A program made the position numbers and the translations under genes. The notes beneath the pieces were generated by a model. That model was given only the letters and a program-made list of their open reading frames with translations, was not told the DNA's origin and ran no database searches. A stretch of DNA of 51,148 nt from an uncultured Clostridia bacterium (GTDB lineage: Bacteria > Bacillota > Clostridia > TANB77 > CAG-508), in assembly GCA_944391975.1 (NCBI GenBank), contig CALXVK010000003.1, positions 1-51,148 on the forward strand, read 5' to 3'. This document shows, piece after piece, positions 1 to 10,372 of the stretch; the first letter of the stretch is position 1, and the number at the start of each line of letters is the position of its first letter.

Positions 1-848
1 TCTTGTGCATATAATGAAAATTTATATCCATCATAGTTTTCTTTCATAATTGGCAATATTTCAGCTTGTTTTTCTTTAGATATCATTTGATTTTCCATTA
101 GTGTTTTTAATTCTGTTTCTGTAAATCCTAGCATTTCATTAAATTTTTCATCCATGGTTATGTCTGAACCTATATTAAATCCTGATGTTAAACTATCTAA
201 TGTGATTGGTGCAACTCCTGTTATAAATATTCTGTCTATTACGGTTTCTGTTCCCTCTTTCAATATTTCATACCATTTTCTTACTTTTCCATTTTTTGAT
301 ACTAAATCCTTAAATTGGTTTGTATTAAAACCTAATAATTCATTTGCAAAATGATCATATTCATCAATAATAACATATATTTTTTCTTGCTCTTTTTGCA
401 TATAAAATGCTTTAAATAGGTTATCTAATATATCTTCTGCCTCTGCCTCTGGATTTATATAAAAGTCTAATCCATATTTTTCTACAAATACTTTTATTGA
501 TGCACTAACTTTACTTTTAAATCCTTTGATTGTTGTTTCTACATTTGTAGTATCTATTCCTGAAAAATTAAATCTCAATATGTGATAACTATTTTTAAAT
601 TTGGTTGGATGCTTTCCAATATATGTGTCTTTATATAGTTCTTCAAACTTATCCGCCTTTTTTAAATCATAATAGTTTTCTATCATACTTGTGAATAATG
701 TTTTTCCAAATTTTCTTGGACGTAAAAACATGATTCTTTTTTCTGCTAAACCTTCTAGTTGCTCTATATATTTTGTTTTATCTACATAATAGTAATTATC
801 TTCTATTAATTCTTCATAATTACTTATTCCATAAGGTAATTTTTTCAT
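1..848 (-). CDS. AAA-ATPase-like domain protein (family often fused to a PD-(D/E)XK nuclease); runs off the left edge
   Basis: Not in the ORF track. Manual translation from ATG 848 (RBS GAGAGG) gives MKKLPYGISNYEELIEDNYYYVDKT...FLRPRKFGKTLFTSM and IIDEYDHFAN, typical motifs of this family. Confidence 0.85.
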   Translation of the reverse strand, partial: MKKLPYGISNYEELIEDNYYYVDKTKYIEQLEGLAEKRIMFLRPRKFGKTLFTSMIENYYDLKKADKFEELYKDTYIGKHPTKFKNSYHILRFNFSGIDTTNVETTIKGFKSKVSASIKVFVEKYGLDFYINPEAEAEDILDNLFKAFYMQKEQEKIYVIIDEYDHFANELLGFNTNQFKDLVSKNGKVRKWYEILKEGTETVIDRIFITGVAPITLDSLTSGFNIGSDITMDEKFNEMLGFTETELKTLMENQMISKEKQAEILPIMKENYDGYKFSLYAQ

Positions 849-1081
849 TTTCTTTACCTCTCTTTCTCTTCAATAATACACAATATATATTATCACATTT
901 ATATTAAAAATTCTATATATCATAGAAAATTTACCGTAGTTTAGTATTAATTTGAATTTTTTAGGTAACTTTAAGCTTAGAACCATAAGCTTTTAATTTT
1001 GTCAATTTTTTCTTTTTTTGTGTTGTCTTTTGTTTCCTTTTGTGATATAGTATAAAAAAATAGAAAAAAAGGAATAAATTT

Positions 1082-1396
1082 ATGTATTTAAATATAATGA
1101 ATAATAAAAAAACAGGAAAAACAAGACTATCTATTCGTAGAGGCTATAGAGATGTTAATGGAAAAGTTAAGAATATCACCATACAGAATTTAGGTGACCT
1201 TGAAGTTTTAAAGAAAGATTATGATGATCCTATCTCTCATTTTAAAGAAGTTGTTAAAAAAATGAATGAAGAAGAACAACAAATTAATCTTCCCATAACT
1301 GTAAAGATTAATAAAAATGAAAAATTAGAAGAAGGTACTGGACAAGGGGACGGTTCTCCTGTCCTGACATCCCCTTGGCACAAAAAACACCTTTGA
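1082..1396 (+). pseudogene. N-terminal fragment of an IS1634-like transposase
   Basis: RLSIRRGYRDVNGKVKNITIQNLGDLEVLKKDYDDPISHFK resembles IS1634-family N-termini. The ORF is only 104 aa, lacks a DDE domain, and the resemblance ends at the GC-rich palindrome at about 1340. Confidence 0.7.
1340..1378. repeat. GC-rich REP-like imperfect palindrome GGACAAGGGGACGGTTCTCCTGTCC with an alternative arm TCCCCTTG
   Basis: GGACA/TGTCC inverted ends at 1340-1364. CAAGGGGA can also pair with TCCCCTTG (1370-1377). Confidence 0.55.
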
Positions 1397-1420
1397 CTTT
1401 TTATGTCAAAGGTGTTTTTT
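1382..1420. terminator. Bidirectional intrinsic terminator
   Basis: AAAAAACACCTTTGAC-loop-GTCAAAGGTGTTTTTT between convergent ORFs. Confidence 0.85.
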
Positions 1421-2607
1421 TAATTATTTGTTTCATTTTCAGTGCTCACGAGTTCTTCACTATTTTCCGCTTCAATCTTTTCTTTATTTCTTTCATCTAT
1501 AAAATCAATTACAAATACCTTTATTAATGCTATAATCGGAACCCCTAAGAACATACCTAAAACATTAAAATATGCTCCAAAGAATGTTACTGAGAAAATA
1601 ATTAAAATTCTACTAATTTTAAGTGAATTTCCTAAAATCTTAGGATTAACTATATTTGCATCTATTTGTTGTAAAATTATTAATACCAAGCAAAGCCATA
1701 ATGCTTTTATCCATCCTCCTGTAAATATTGTAATAATTACAGAAATTGCTACACCAATAATTGCTCCAAAATATGGAATTACATTCATAATACCTATTAA
1801 GAATCCTAGTAATGTTGCATATTCTACATTCATTACTGTCATGGCAATAGATGTCAAAATTCCTACTATTATTGCATCAACAATTTGCGCAGTAATAAAT
1901 CTATAAAAAATAGAATTTGTTTCTCTATAATATTTTGCAAATTTGTTATATCCCTCTTTTGAGCAAATTGCTTTTAATAAATTCTTTGCAAAACTTTTTA
2001 TATCACTTCTTTCAAGTAATATATATACAGAAACAACAAAAGTAACAAAAATATCAAATATAACTCCTGCAACATTTGCTATACCTTGAAGATATACTGT
2101 TAAATTATCAAACTCTAACCAATTTAAAATCGTTTCAGATATATTTATTTCTTCTAAATTATTTATAATTCCAATAATATTTAACCTAACCCAAAGTGAA
2201 TCTTCTGGCTGATTTATAAGAAATTCTTTGGCCATATTATAATAATTTGGTAAACTTTTAGCTAATTCTATAACGCTTTCAGATAAAGCTGGGAAAATAA
2301 TATTAACTAAAATTACAATAAATAAAATTACAACTATATACATCGTTGCAACACTTAAAACCCTAGCTTTTTTTGCTAAAAACTTTATTTTTATTCTTTT
2401 ATATAAGCTTTCTAACTTTTTGCATGGTATATATAAAATAAATGCCAAAAGTGCAGCCAAGAAAAATGGCATTAAAATATCAATTAAACTACTTATCCAT
2501 GAAAAAATTGCTCCAAAACTATCAATAGTTTTAAAAACTACTATTAATGCAATTCCTAAAATAAACCAAGAAGCATATTTTTTCCAATAACCGTTTTTTT
2601 CTTTCAT
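1420..2607 (-). CDS. AI-2E family transporter
   Basis: Multi-TM protein with NVIPYFGAIIG and LQQIDANIVNPKILG motifs. ATG 2607 follows RBS GAAAGGA. Confidence 0.9.
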   Translation of the reverse strand: MKEKNGYWKKYASWFILGIALIVVFKTIDSFGAIFSWISSLIDILMPFFLAALLAFILYIPCKKLESLYKRIKIKFLAKKARVLSVATMYIVVILFIVILVNIIFPALSESVIELAKSLPNYYNMAKEFLINQPEDSLWVRLNIIGIINNLEEINISETILNWLEFDNLTVYLQGIANVAGVIFDIFVTFVVSVYILLERSDIKSFAKNLLKAICSKEGYNKFAKYYRETNSIFYRFITAQIVDAIIVGILTSIAMTVMNVEYATLLGFLIGIMNVIPYFGAIIGVAISVIITIFTGGWIKALWLCLVLIILQQIDANIVNPKILGNSLKISRILIIFSVTFFGAYFNVLGMFLGVPIIALIKVFVIDFIDERNKEKIEAENSEELVSTENETNN

Positions 2608-2672
2608 TTGCAATCCTTTCTAAAATTACATAGTAATTTTATTATGTTAGACGAATAAATTTAATGCTCCGC

Positions 2673-3428
2673 TTAAATTTCCATGTCTAATTCCACTGGA
2701 CAGTGGTCACTGCCCATAATTTCTGGATGAATTTTGGCATCTACAATTTTATCTTTAATTTTTTCAGATACAATAAAATAATCAATTCTCCACCCAATAT
2801 TTTTTTCTCTAGCTTTTCCCATATAAGACCACCATGAATAGGAATCTTGTTTGTCGGGATATAAATATCTAAATGAATCTACAAAGCCAGAGTTTAAAAG
2901 ATTTGTCATTTGATTTCTTTCTTCATCTGTAAAACCAGCATTTCCTCTATTTGCTTTTGAATTTTTTAAATCTATTTCATTATGCGCTACATTTAAATCT
3001 CCACATAAGATTACAGGTTTAATTTTATCTAATTTTTTTAAATATTCTCTAAAATCATCTTCCCATTTCATTCTATAATCAAGCCTTGTAAGCTCTCTTT
3101 GAGCATTCGGAGTATAACAATCTACTAAATAAAAGTCTTTAAATTCTAAAGTTATAACTCTTCCCTCTTGATCATGTTCTTCTATTCCTATACCATATGA
3201 AACTGAAATTGGAACTATTTTAGTAAATATTGCTGTTCCTGAATAACCTTTTCTCACAGCGCTATTTAAAAACATTTTATATCCATCAAAATTAATATCT
3301 AATTGTCCCTCTTGCATTTTAGTTTCTTGAATACAAAAAATATCTGCATTTAATTTATCAAAACTTTCATAAAAGCCTTTATTTACAACAGCTCTTAATC
3401 CATTTACATTCCAAGAAATTAATTTCAA
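2673..3428 (-). CDS. exoA: Exodeoxyribonuclease III / AP endonuclease
   Basis: SWNVNGLRA, QETK, GDLNVAH, WRIDY and SDHCP motifs. Likely TTG start at 3428 after AAGGAG. Confidence 0.95.
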   Translation of the reverse strand: MKLISWNVNGLRAVVNKGFYESFDKLNADIFCIQETKMQEGQLDINFDGYKMFLNSAVRKGYSGTAIFTKIVPISVSYGIGIEEHDQEGRVITLEFKDFYLVDCYTPNAQRELTRLDYRMKWEDDFREYLKKLDKIKPVILCGDLNVAHNEIDLKNSKANRGNAGFTDEERNQMTNLLNSGFVDSFRYLYPDKQDSYSWWSYMGKAREKNIGWRIDYFIVSEKIKDKIVDAKIHPEIMGSDHCPVELDMEI

Positions 3429-3563
3429 ATTTTTACTCCTTAAATACATTAAAATTTTACATATTTATTATAAAGTAAAAATTTAAAATTATCAATACTA
3501 TTAATATAAAACTCTTTCTTTTTTTATTTTTTTATGATAGTATAATTAAAATTGGAGATTTAT

Positions 3564-4361
3564 ATGAATAAACAAAGTAATGAAAAATTTAATGAATTAA
3601 TTGAATATATAGAACAAAATCTTTGTGAAGAAATTAGTTATAAAAAACTTTCTCAAATTCTTGGAGTAAATGAATATACAATGCATAGAATCTTTTTATT
3701 TGTAACTGATTATACTGTCGCAGAGTATATAAGAAAAAGAAGACTAACAATGGCTGCTTTAGATTTAATTGATGGAAAAGAAAAAGTAATTGATATAGCT
3801 ATAAAATATAATTACGAATCTTCACAAGCTTTTTCAAGAGCATTTAAATCAATGATGGGATTTCTACCAAGTGAAATTAATGATAATAAAAATAACATAA
3901 AATATTTTTCTCAATATGAAATCAAAAATGAAGACGTAACTAATGAATTTAATTATCGTATAGAAAAAAATATTGAATTTAATTTATATGCTATCTCAAT
4001 GAAAACAACTATTAAAAATTGTCATAATGTAGCTCCTCAATTTTGGAAAGAAAATTTAAATTATCTTGAAAATAAAACTCAATATGGTTTATTAGAATAT
4101 GATAAAACATGCAAAATAGATGAAGCAACTTATTATATAGCTTCTACTGAAAAATTTAAAGATTCTAAATTTCTTAATTTAAAATCATCTAATTATTTGG
4201 TTTTTGATTATAAATTTATTAATTCAAATGATATGTACGAATATATACGTAAAATATATAGAACTATAATTCCAAATACTGGATATGAGTTAAAAGATAT
4301 ACCAGATATAGAAGAATATCTTGAAGATGATAAATTAAAATTATATATACCAATAAAATAA
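3564..4361 (+). CDS. AraC family regulator with C-terminal GyrI-like effector domain
   Basis: EYIRKRRLTMAALDL and IAIKYNYESSQAFSRAFK HTH; C-terminal LYIPIK. ATG 3564 follows GGAG. Confidence 0.9.
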   Translation: MNKQSNEKFNELIEYIEQNLCEEISYKKLSQILGVNEYTMHRIFLFVTDYTVAEYIRKRRLTMAALDLIDGKEKVIDIAIKYNYESSQAFSRAFKSMMGFLPSEINDNKNNIKYFSQYEIKNEDVTNEFNYRIEKNIEFNLYAISMKTTIKNCHNVAPQFWKENLNYLENKTQYGLLEYDKTCKIDEATYYIASTEKFKDSKFLNLKSSNYLVFDYKFINSNDMYEYIRKIYRTIIPNTGYELKDIPDIEEYLEDDKLKLYIPIK

Positions 4362-4368
4362 TTACCAA

Positions 4369-4404
4369 AGTAACTTTTTTAATATCAAAAAAGTTACTCT
4401 TTTT
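4369..4404 (+). terminator. Intrinsic terminator
   Basis: AGTAACTTTTTT/AAAAAAGTTACT stem followed by a T-tract. Confidence 0.65.
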
Positions 4405-4471
4405 ATTTTAAAAACATTTATAATAAAAATGTATAAAATTATCAATTAGAATTCAACTGGAGGTATGAGAT

Positions 4472-5452
4472 ATGAATGAATATTTAACTCGTGAAATCTG
4501 GAAAATGCGGAAAAATATAGTCACAACTCCTGGAACTCCAGTAGTTTCGCTAAATGAAGTAAAAAAAGGTATTTTTCAACTTCTATTCACATCTTGCGGA
4601 TGTAATAATGCATGTTCTTTTTGCAATTATGGGTTTGACTATCATTTAACACTTGAAATGGTAAAACCAGAATTGCAAAAAATAAAGCTTGAAGACTACA
4701 ATATCAATGTTTTACAGCTTGAATCAAATGGTTCATTTCTCTCAGAAAGAGAGATTCCTTATGATCTTTTCATCGAAGCTCTGAAATTTGTCTCACATAG
4801 AGGCATCCAGGAAATTGAGATTGAGACACATTATACAACCATAACTGAAAAAAAGCTTCAGGTTATTCGTGAGATTTTGGGCTGGGAACAGGAAATCTAC
4901 TTTGAGCTTGGGTTCGAATCATCTGCAGAGGACGTTAGAGCAATCTACAACAAAGATATAGATATTGATGAATTTTTAAAAACAGCAGAGCTATGTAAAA
5001 AATACAATATTGGTATATTAGTTAATGTCCTTTTAGGTGCTCCATTTTTAACAAGAGAGGAACAGATTCAAGATGTATTAGATTCTTTAGACTTCATTTT
5101 CAAAAATATGCCTGAAGGCACAATGTGTGTGTTATTTCCTATCAATATAAAGGAAAATACAATGCTAAAGCATTGGCAAGATATTGGAGTCTATGATCAA
5201 ATTTCTTCATGGGAATTTGTAGAGCTTCTTTACAGAATTCCTGAAAAATATCTTGATAAAATCTCAATTGCATGGTTTGGAACACGGGAAAATACTTTTA
5301 CAAAAGGGATCAGTCAGTTTCCTAAGACCTGCAATAAATGCAGAGATAAACTGATTGATTTCTACGTTAACTTTTACACACATTTAGACTCAAACTATAG
5401 AAAGAAAATTCTTGAAAACATCTGGAAAACCAGATGTACATGTGACAAATAA
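4472..5452 (+). CDS. Radical SAM protein (TIGR01210/RaSEA-like)
   Basis: CNNACSFC is a CX3CX2C motif; NGSFL, IET, LGFES and NVLLGAPFLT also fit. RBS GGAGG. Confidence 0.75.
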   Translation: MNEYLTREIWKMRKNIVTTPGTPVVSLNEVKKGIFQLLFTSCGCNNACSFCNYGFDYHLTLEMVKPELQKIKLEDYNINVLQLESNGSFLSEREIPYDLFIEALKFVSHRGIQEIEIETHYTTITEKKLQVIREILGWEQEIYFELGFESSAEDVRAIYNKDIDIDEFLKTAELCKKYNIGILVNVLLGAPFLTREEQIQDVLDSLDFIFKNMPEGTMCVLFPINIKENTMLKHWQDIGVYDQISSWEFVELLYRIPEKYLDKISIAWFGTRENTFTKGISQFPKTCNKCRDKLIDFYVNFYTHLDSNYRKKILENIWKTRCTCDK

Positions 5453-5461
5453 TTCCGCAAA

Positions 5462-5502
5462 AAGCGCAAAACAGGTGACAAATCACCTGTTTTTGTGCTT
5501 TT
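5462..5502. terminator. Bidirectional terminator
   Basis: AAAACAGGTGA-CAAA-TCACCTGTTTT between convergent genes. Confidence 0.85.
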
Positions 5503-6037
5503 AATTTATTAATAATTCTTTTAAATCTTTTCTTGCCTTTTTTGGATAATTATATATTGGTTTTCCAATTATAAATCCACAAATCTGTTCTAAGTCCTGT
5601 ACTCCTAAATAATCATCTATTTCTTTATCTATATATAATGTATCACATAAAATGCAACTTCCTAACCCTAGATTTACAGCTTCTAAACTCATGTTTTCAA
5701 TAGCGCATCCTAAAGAAATATAATCAGGTTTTTTATATGGTTCTTTTTTTGTATCACTATATATCATTATCATTTTATCTGCTACTTCTATCTGTTCTGC
5801 TGTACCTTTTACACTTGTTCTTTCTTTTCTATTTTGTTTATCCCACTCAAAAAGCATATTCATAATATATTGCTTTTGTTCATCACTTAATACATAAAAT
5901 TTCCATGGTTGTCTATTTTTAGCAGATGGAGCTAAAGAAGCACTATATAATATTTTCTCAATATCTTTATTATCAACATGTTCACCAGTAAAATTTCGAG
6001 CTGAACGTCTTGATTTTACTATTAGATCAAATTCCAT
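5501..6037 (-). CDS. Nitroreductase family protein
   Basis: RRSARNF, APSAKNRQPWKF and ENMSLEAVNLGLGSC motifs. ATG 6037 follows AAGGAG. Confidence 0.92.
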   Translation of the reverse strand: MEFDLIVKSRRSARNFTGEHVDNKDIEKILYSASLAPSAKNRQPWKFYVLSDEQKQYIMNMLFEWDKQNRKERTSVKGTAEQIEVADKMIMIYSDTKKEPYKKPDYISLGCAIENMSLEAVNLGLGSCILCDTLYIDKEIDDYLGVQDLEQICGFIIGKPIYNYPKKARKDLKELLIN

Positions 6038-6124
6038 AAAAAACTCCTTTAAAATAACTATTATCATAATTTTAATAAATAATTATCTTAAAGGAGTGAT
6101 TTTAATGATATCAAAAAATACCTT

Positions 6125-7126
6125 TTATTTTATAGCGTTATTATATTCTTCTAATTTTTCATCATACAATTCATCACCAGAATAATCTGTTAAATCATAA
6201 TTTTCTATTAATATATTTGCAAAATATTTTGATAGTTTTGTAGCTCCATCTAGATTCATATGTAATCCACCATCATATGTATCTGTATTATAATCAATTC
6301 CTATTTCTTGTGTAACATCTAGAAAATTATAAAAATCTAAATCATTTTCTTCAGCAAAACTTTCTATTTGTTTATCATATTCATCATACCAATATGGATA
6401 AACACTTGGAGCTTTTATTAAAACAAGTTCTATTCCATTTTCTTTACATAAATCAGTTATTTTTTGCAAATAATCATAACATTCTTCATCAAATTCATAA
6501 GTTGCTAATCTTCTTTTGGTTGGAAGATTTGTAACTGGTTTTACATTTTTATTAATTAAAAATCCATTATATGTATTTGTTTTATTCTTAAATAAAAATT
6601 CAAAATCTTCTTTTGTTAATTCATCAAATCTTGAATGATATCTCAAAATTGGAAAAACATATGAAATAAAGCTCTCCTCTTCTGTCATTGATGCATTTAT
6701 TAATTCAATTTTTTCTTTTGACCATTTCATATTATCTATCATAAGTCTATTATATGCTTCACTTACTGCACTGCTATTTTTATCATATCTCATAGAATTC
6801 ACATTAAAAACTACTACTTTAGGAATCTCATATTTTAAGGTTTCTTTTAGTAAATAATATGATTGCCATATAAGTTGCTGAGATGAACCTCTAACATATG
6901 CTTTAATTCCAGATTCTTCATACATTACCATTGGAGAAAAATTTGCATATACTTCACAATCACCAATAAAAATAACTTCATGATCTTTTGACTCATCATA
7001 ATACTGAGAAATCATGCTGCCTTCAACTAAACTTGTCGCATACTTTGGTTTTAATAATCTATTTAAAAATGCAAATATTATTATAAAAATTATTAAAATA
7101 ACAATAATTTTAATAGCTCTTTTCAA
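6125..7126 (-). CDS. Membrane-anchored SGNH/GDSL-like protein (MBOAT partner)
   Basis: N-terminal TM, IFIGDC block I and DGGLHMN (D..H) block V; lies directly downstream of the MBOAT gene. TTG start. Confidence 0.7.
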   Translation of the reverse strand: MKRAIKIIVILIIFIIIFAFLNRLLKPKYATSLVEGSMISQYYDESKDHEVIFIGDCEVYANFSPMVMYEESGIKAYVRGSSQQLIWQSYYLLKETLKYEIPKVVVFNVNSMRYDKNSSAVSEAYNRLMIDNMKWSKEKIELINASMTEEESFISYVFPILRYHSRFDELTKEDFEFLFKNKTNTYNGFLINKNVKPVTNLPTKRRLATYEFDEECYDYLQKITDLCKENGIELVLIKAPSVYPYWYDEYDKQIESFAEENDLDFYNFLDVTQEIGIDYNTDTYDGGLHMNLDGATKLSKYFANILIENYDLTDYSGDELYDEKLEEYNNAIK

Positions 7127-7144
7127 ATTACTCTCTCCTCAACT

Positions 7145-8407
7145 CTAAAAATTACTATAAATAAATTCATCAACTTCAAAACCAATACCATAAATTCCAA
7201 AAGTCATAACTATTAATGCAAAAATTCCTACATAAATAAGTTTTCTTTCAAAAGTTTTAGATTTTATATAATTTAAAATTTTATCTTTTTTACCATCAAA
7301 TATAAATAATATCAATGTTGAAATTATTAAAACAATATAATCTCCTAATGTTAAACCTAAATTTAAAATATTTTGTGCAAAATCAGTTATTTTAAAATTA
7401 TTAAATATACTCAAAATAGCTTGAACCGCTTCTCCTGTTGTTGGCCAAATAAAAAATGACCATAAAATAGAAACAATTATAAAATTAATAACTCTATTTA
7501 AATTTTTAAATTTTGTTTTATATTTATCACCAAATAAAACAAAAATCCCATGAATAAATCCCCATAAAATATAATTTACTCCATGCCATAAACCTGATAC
7601 TAAAAAAGTAACTAATGTATTAAAAGCTTTTCTTGCTTTTGAACATCTTCTTCCCCCAAGAGGTATATATACATAATCTCTAAGCCATGAGCTTAAAGAT
7701 ATATGCCATCTTCTCCAAAATTCTTTAATATTTTCTGCTAAATATGGGCTATCAAAATTTTCTTTTAAATCAATATCTGCTATTTTGGAAACTCCCATTA
7801 CTATATCTATTCCACCACTAAAATCTGAATATAGTTGTATAGAATATAAAAGCATCGCAAAAAGAGCAAATGCTCCATTATAAGTTTCTAAGTTTGAAGA
7901 AATTGTCCCTACTAAAATAGCTACTCTTCCGGAAATTACAAGTTTTTTAAATAACCCCCAAAGAATTCTTAAAAGCCCATCTTCTAAATTATCCAGAGTA
8001 ATTTTCTTTTTCTTTAAAATTTGTTCTTTCATATCAGCATATCTTATAATAGGTCCTATAAAGATATGTGGTATATAGAAAATATATAAAGCAAAATAAA
8101 ATAGATTTGTTTCTGGTTCATATTTTCCTTTATATACATCCACTAAATATGAAATAACTTGTAAAGTATAATATGAAATACCAATAGCAGATATAAAATT
8201 TATATCTGCATATGGTAAAAATTTTGATAAAACTAATAATATAGCATTTGCAAAAATTGTAATTCCTAAAATAAATTTACCATTTTTGCTTTTTAAGAAT
8301 CTTCCTGCTATAAAACTTGTTAACATACTAAATATAATAAATATGAAATTTGAAAATCCATAACTTAAATATATTGCTATACTTAGTACAAATAGTAGTA
8401 TATTCAA
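7145..8407 (-). CDS. MBOAT family O-acyltransferase (AlgI/DltB-like)
   Basis: GISYYTLQ, GPIIR, FWRRWHISLSSWLRDYVYIPLGG and SGLWHG motifs. Confidence 0.95.
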   Translation of the reverse strand: MNILLFVLSIAIYLSYGFSNFIFIIFSMLTSFIAGRFLKSKNGKFILGITIFANAILLVLSKFLPYADINFISAIGISYYTLQVISYLVDVYKGKYEPETNLFYFALYIFYIPHIFIGPIIRYADMKEQILKKKKITLDNLEDGLLRILWGLFKKLVISGRVAILVGTISSNLETYNGAFALFAMLLYSIQLYSDFSGGIDIVMGVSKIADIDLKENFDSPYLAENIKEFWRRWHISLSSWLRDYVYIPLGGRRCSKARKAFNTLVTFLVSGLWHGVNYILWGFIHGIFVLFGDKYKTKFKNLNRVINFIIVSILWSFFIWPTTGEAVQAILSIFNNFKITDFAQNILNLGLTLGDYIVLIISTLILFIFDGKKDKILNYIKSKTFERKLIYVGIFALIVMTFGIYGIGFEVDEFIYSNF

Positions 8408-8432
8408 AATGTATCTCCTTTTATATTACATT

Positions 8433-10343
8433 TTAATAAGAAATTATAAATTGATCTGCTGTATATGATTTTCCAGAAAACCATGGTTCAGCTAATTTTT
8501 CTTCATCCGAATTTGCTTGTAATAAATGTCTTCCCCCTGGTGTTGAATCATAATGCACATTTCCAACTTTATTCCAACAATGTGATCCATCAGCAAGCCA
8601 AACCACTGCACATGAGGATCCACTTTTATTAATTAAAGCCTGTAAAATATAAGCATGTACAAAACAATTTCCCCTACCATTTGTTAAGCCATAATAAATA
8701 TTCGCTTCTCTACTTCCATAACTAGATGAAGTATATTTTATTCTATTATATACAACTTGTGTAATTCCAGCAGCACTTTGTCCTGCACAATAATTATTAT
8801 AAAATTCATTTACCTTTTGATTAACATCTTCTGAATCCCAATTAACAGTAATCTTTCTTCTATATGAACTAGTATTTCCAGCTTTGTCAATAGCTGAATA
8901 AGTTGCATAATATGTTCCAGCAGCAGATGTATTTACCGAACTAGAATCAACTGTAAATGTTGTATTTCCATCTTTATCATCTATAGCATAAACACCTGAT
9001 TCATAATTAACTTCAGAATGTTTATTTACTGTTAAATTACTTAGTCCATATATTTTTGGACCTGTTGTATCATGTTTAATTGTTAATATAGCTGTTTGTT
9101 CATTTACATTACCATTAACATCTGTTGCTTTTATAACAATAGATTGATCTCCCATAACACTATAATCTATAACTGTAGAAGATTCTGTTGCAACTTCTCC
9201 TGAAATATCAGAAGCTGATATTATAAAACTTTCATATCCATTAACAGTTTCATCGTCCCAAATTGTTATATTTTGAAGTTGTAAATCCGGAGGTGTTGTA
9301 TCTTGAACAACTACCTTTGAAGTATATGTTTCTCCATCAATAGTAACATTAATTTCATAAGTTCCTAAAGCCATTGTATTAACCTTAGCAAGCTCTGTTT
9401 CAGGAACTAATGCTCCAAATCTATCTACATCAATTACAATATTGGCAACAGAAAATTCACTTCCCAATTCCAAATCAACTTCTTGGATAAGCCATGTTAT
9501 AATAAGATCACATGTTCCAATAGTCTCATTTCCATACGCATCAGAAACTTTTACTACTGTTGAATATCTTCCATAATTTGTAAATTCAGGAATTTCTACA
9601 AATTCGACTTTCATCTCCGAAAAATCTTTTTTTGAAGCAATAAAATCATCTGGATTTGGAACATAATCTAAATATGCCATCATATCTTTAAATTCAACTA
9701 TTGGAGCTGTTGTGTCAATAATATTTAATTTTACTGTTTCTTGTTTTCCTTTAAAATCAAGTACTATATCTATTTCTTGAACTTTAAGTAAATCTATTGT
9801 ACTTAAATCTGTAACAAGAGATGCTCCATTTTTATAAATCTGACTTACTAAAAAACTATTTGCAGATAGATCTGTTGTTCCTAATTCAATAGTAATATCT
9901 TTAAATTTTGGTCTTACAGCTAAATATATTAATATTATTAAAAATATAAAAACTATGCATAATATAACTCGTGCTGAAATTACTAATTTATTGGATAGAA
10001 CCTTTTTACAGTTCATATCATAGAGATTATTTTTAGAATGTTTTTTTAATTTTTTACTTTTCTTTACCTTATTTTCTATCTCTTTATTTTTGCTTTCTTT
10101 TGTATCATCAGTAACTTCTTTTAATAAATCTTTTCCATTTATAACTTCTTTATATAAATCTCTCTTATTTTCATTTGTAGAATTACTATTCTTTTGCTTT
10201 TCTGTTCTTTCTTTTGATTTTTTAGCATTTTTATTTGTTCTCTTTATTCTATCTTCATTTTTTACTTCTTGAATTCTATACAAATTTTTCTCTTCAACAT
10301 TTTCTTTTGACTTTCTTACTCTCTTTTTATTTTTATTACTCAT
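8433..10343 (-). CDS. Membrane-anchored Ig-like repeat protein with C-terminal transglutaminase-like domain
   Basis: K/E/N-rich N-terminal tail, one TM, DTTAP/DTTPP/DTTGP Ig-like repeats, and a GNCFVHA...HCWNKV...HYDSTP Cys-His-Asp triad. Confidence 0.7.
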   Translation of the reverse strand: MSNKNKKRVRKSKENVEEKNLYRIQEVKNEDRIKRTNKNAKKSKERTEKQKNSNSTNENKRDLYKEVINGKDLLKEVTDDTKESKNKEIENKVKKSKKLKKHSKNNLYDMNCKKVLSNKLVISARVILCIVFIFLIILIYLAVRPKFKDITIELGTTDLSANSFLVSQIYKNGASLVTDLSTIDLLKVQEIDIVLDFKGKQETVKLNIIDTTAPIVEFKDMMAYLDYVPNPDDFIASKKDFSEMKVEFVEIPEFTNYGRYSTVVKVSDAYGNETIGTCDLIITWLIQEVDLELGSEFSVANIVIDVDRFGALVPETELAKVNTMALGTYEINVTIDGETYTSKVVVQDTTPPDLQLQNITIWDDETVNGYESFIISASDISGEVATESSTVIDYSVMGDQSIVIKATDVNGNVNEQTAILTIKHDTTGPKIYGLSNLTVNKHSEVNYESGVYAIDDKDGNTTFTVDSSSVNTSAAGTYYATYSAIDKAGNTSSYRRKITVNWDSEDVNQKVNEFYNNYCAGQSAAGITQVVYNRIKYTSSSYGSREANIYYGLTNGRGNCFVHAYILQALINKSGSSCAVVWLADGSHCWNKVGNVHYDSTPGGRHLLQANSDEEKLAEPWFSGKSYTADQFIISY

Positions 10344-10372
10344 CTCATTTTAATCCCCAAAATGTGTATTAA

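Noticed and set aside
154-354. Short + strand ORF, and similar antisense ORFs (1442, 10090, 10453, 14044, 16472, 17883, 21602, 28025, 31738, 35054, 40729, 49945, 50173)
   Set aside because: They are antisense shadows of well-supported minus-strand genes, with no recognisable motifs.
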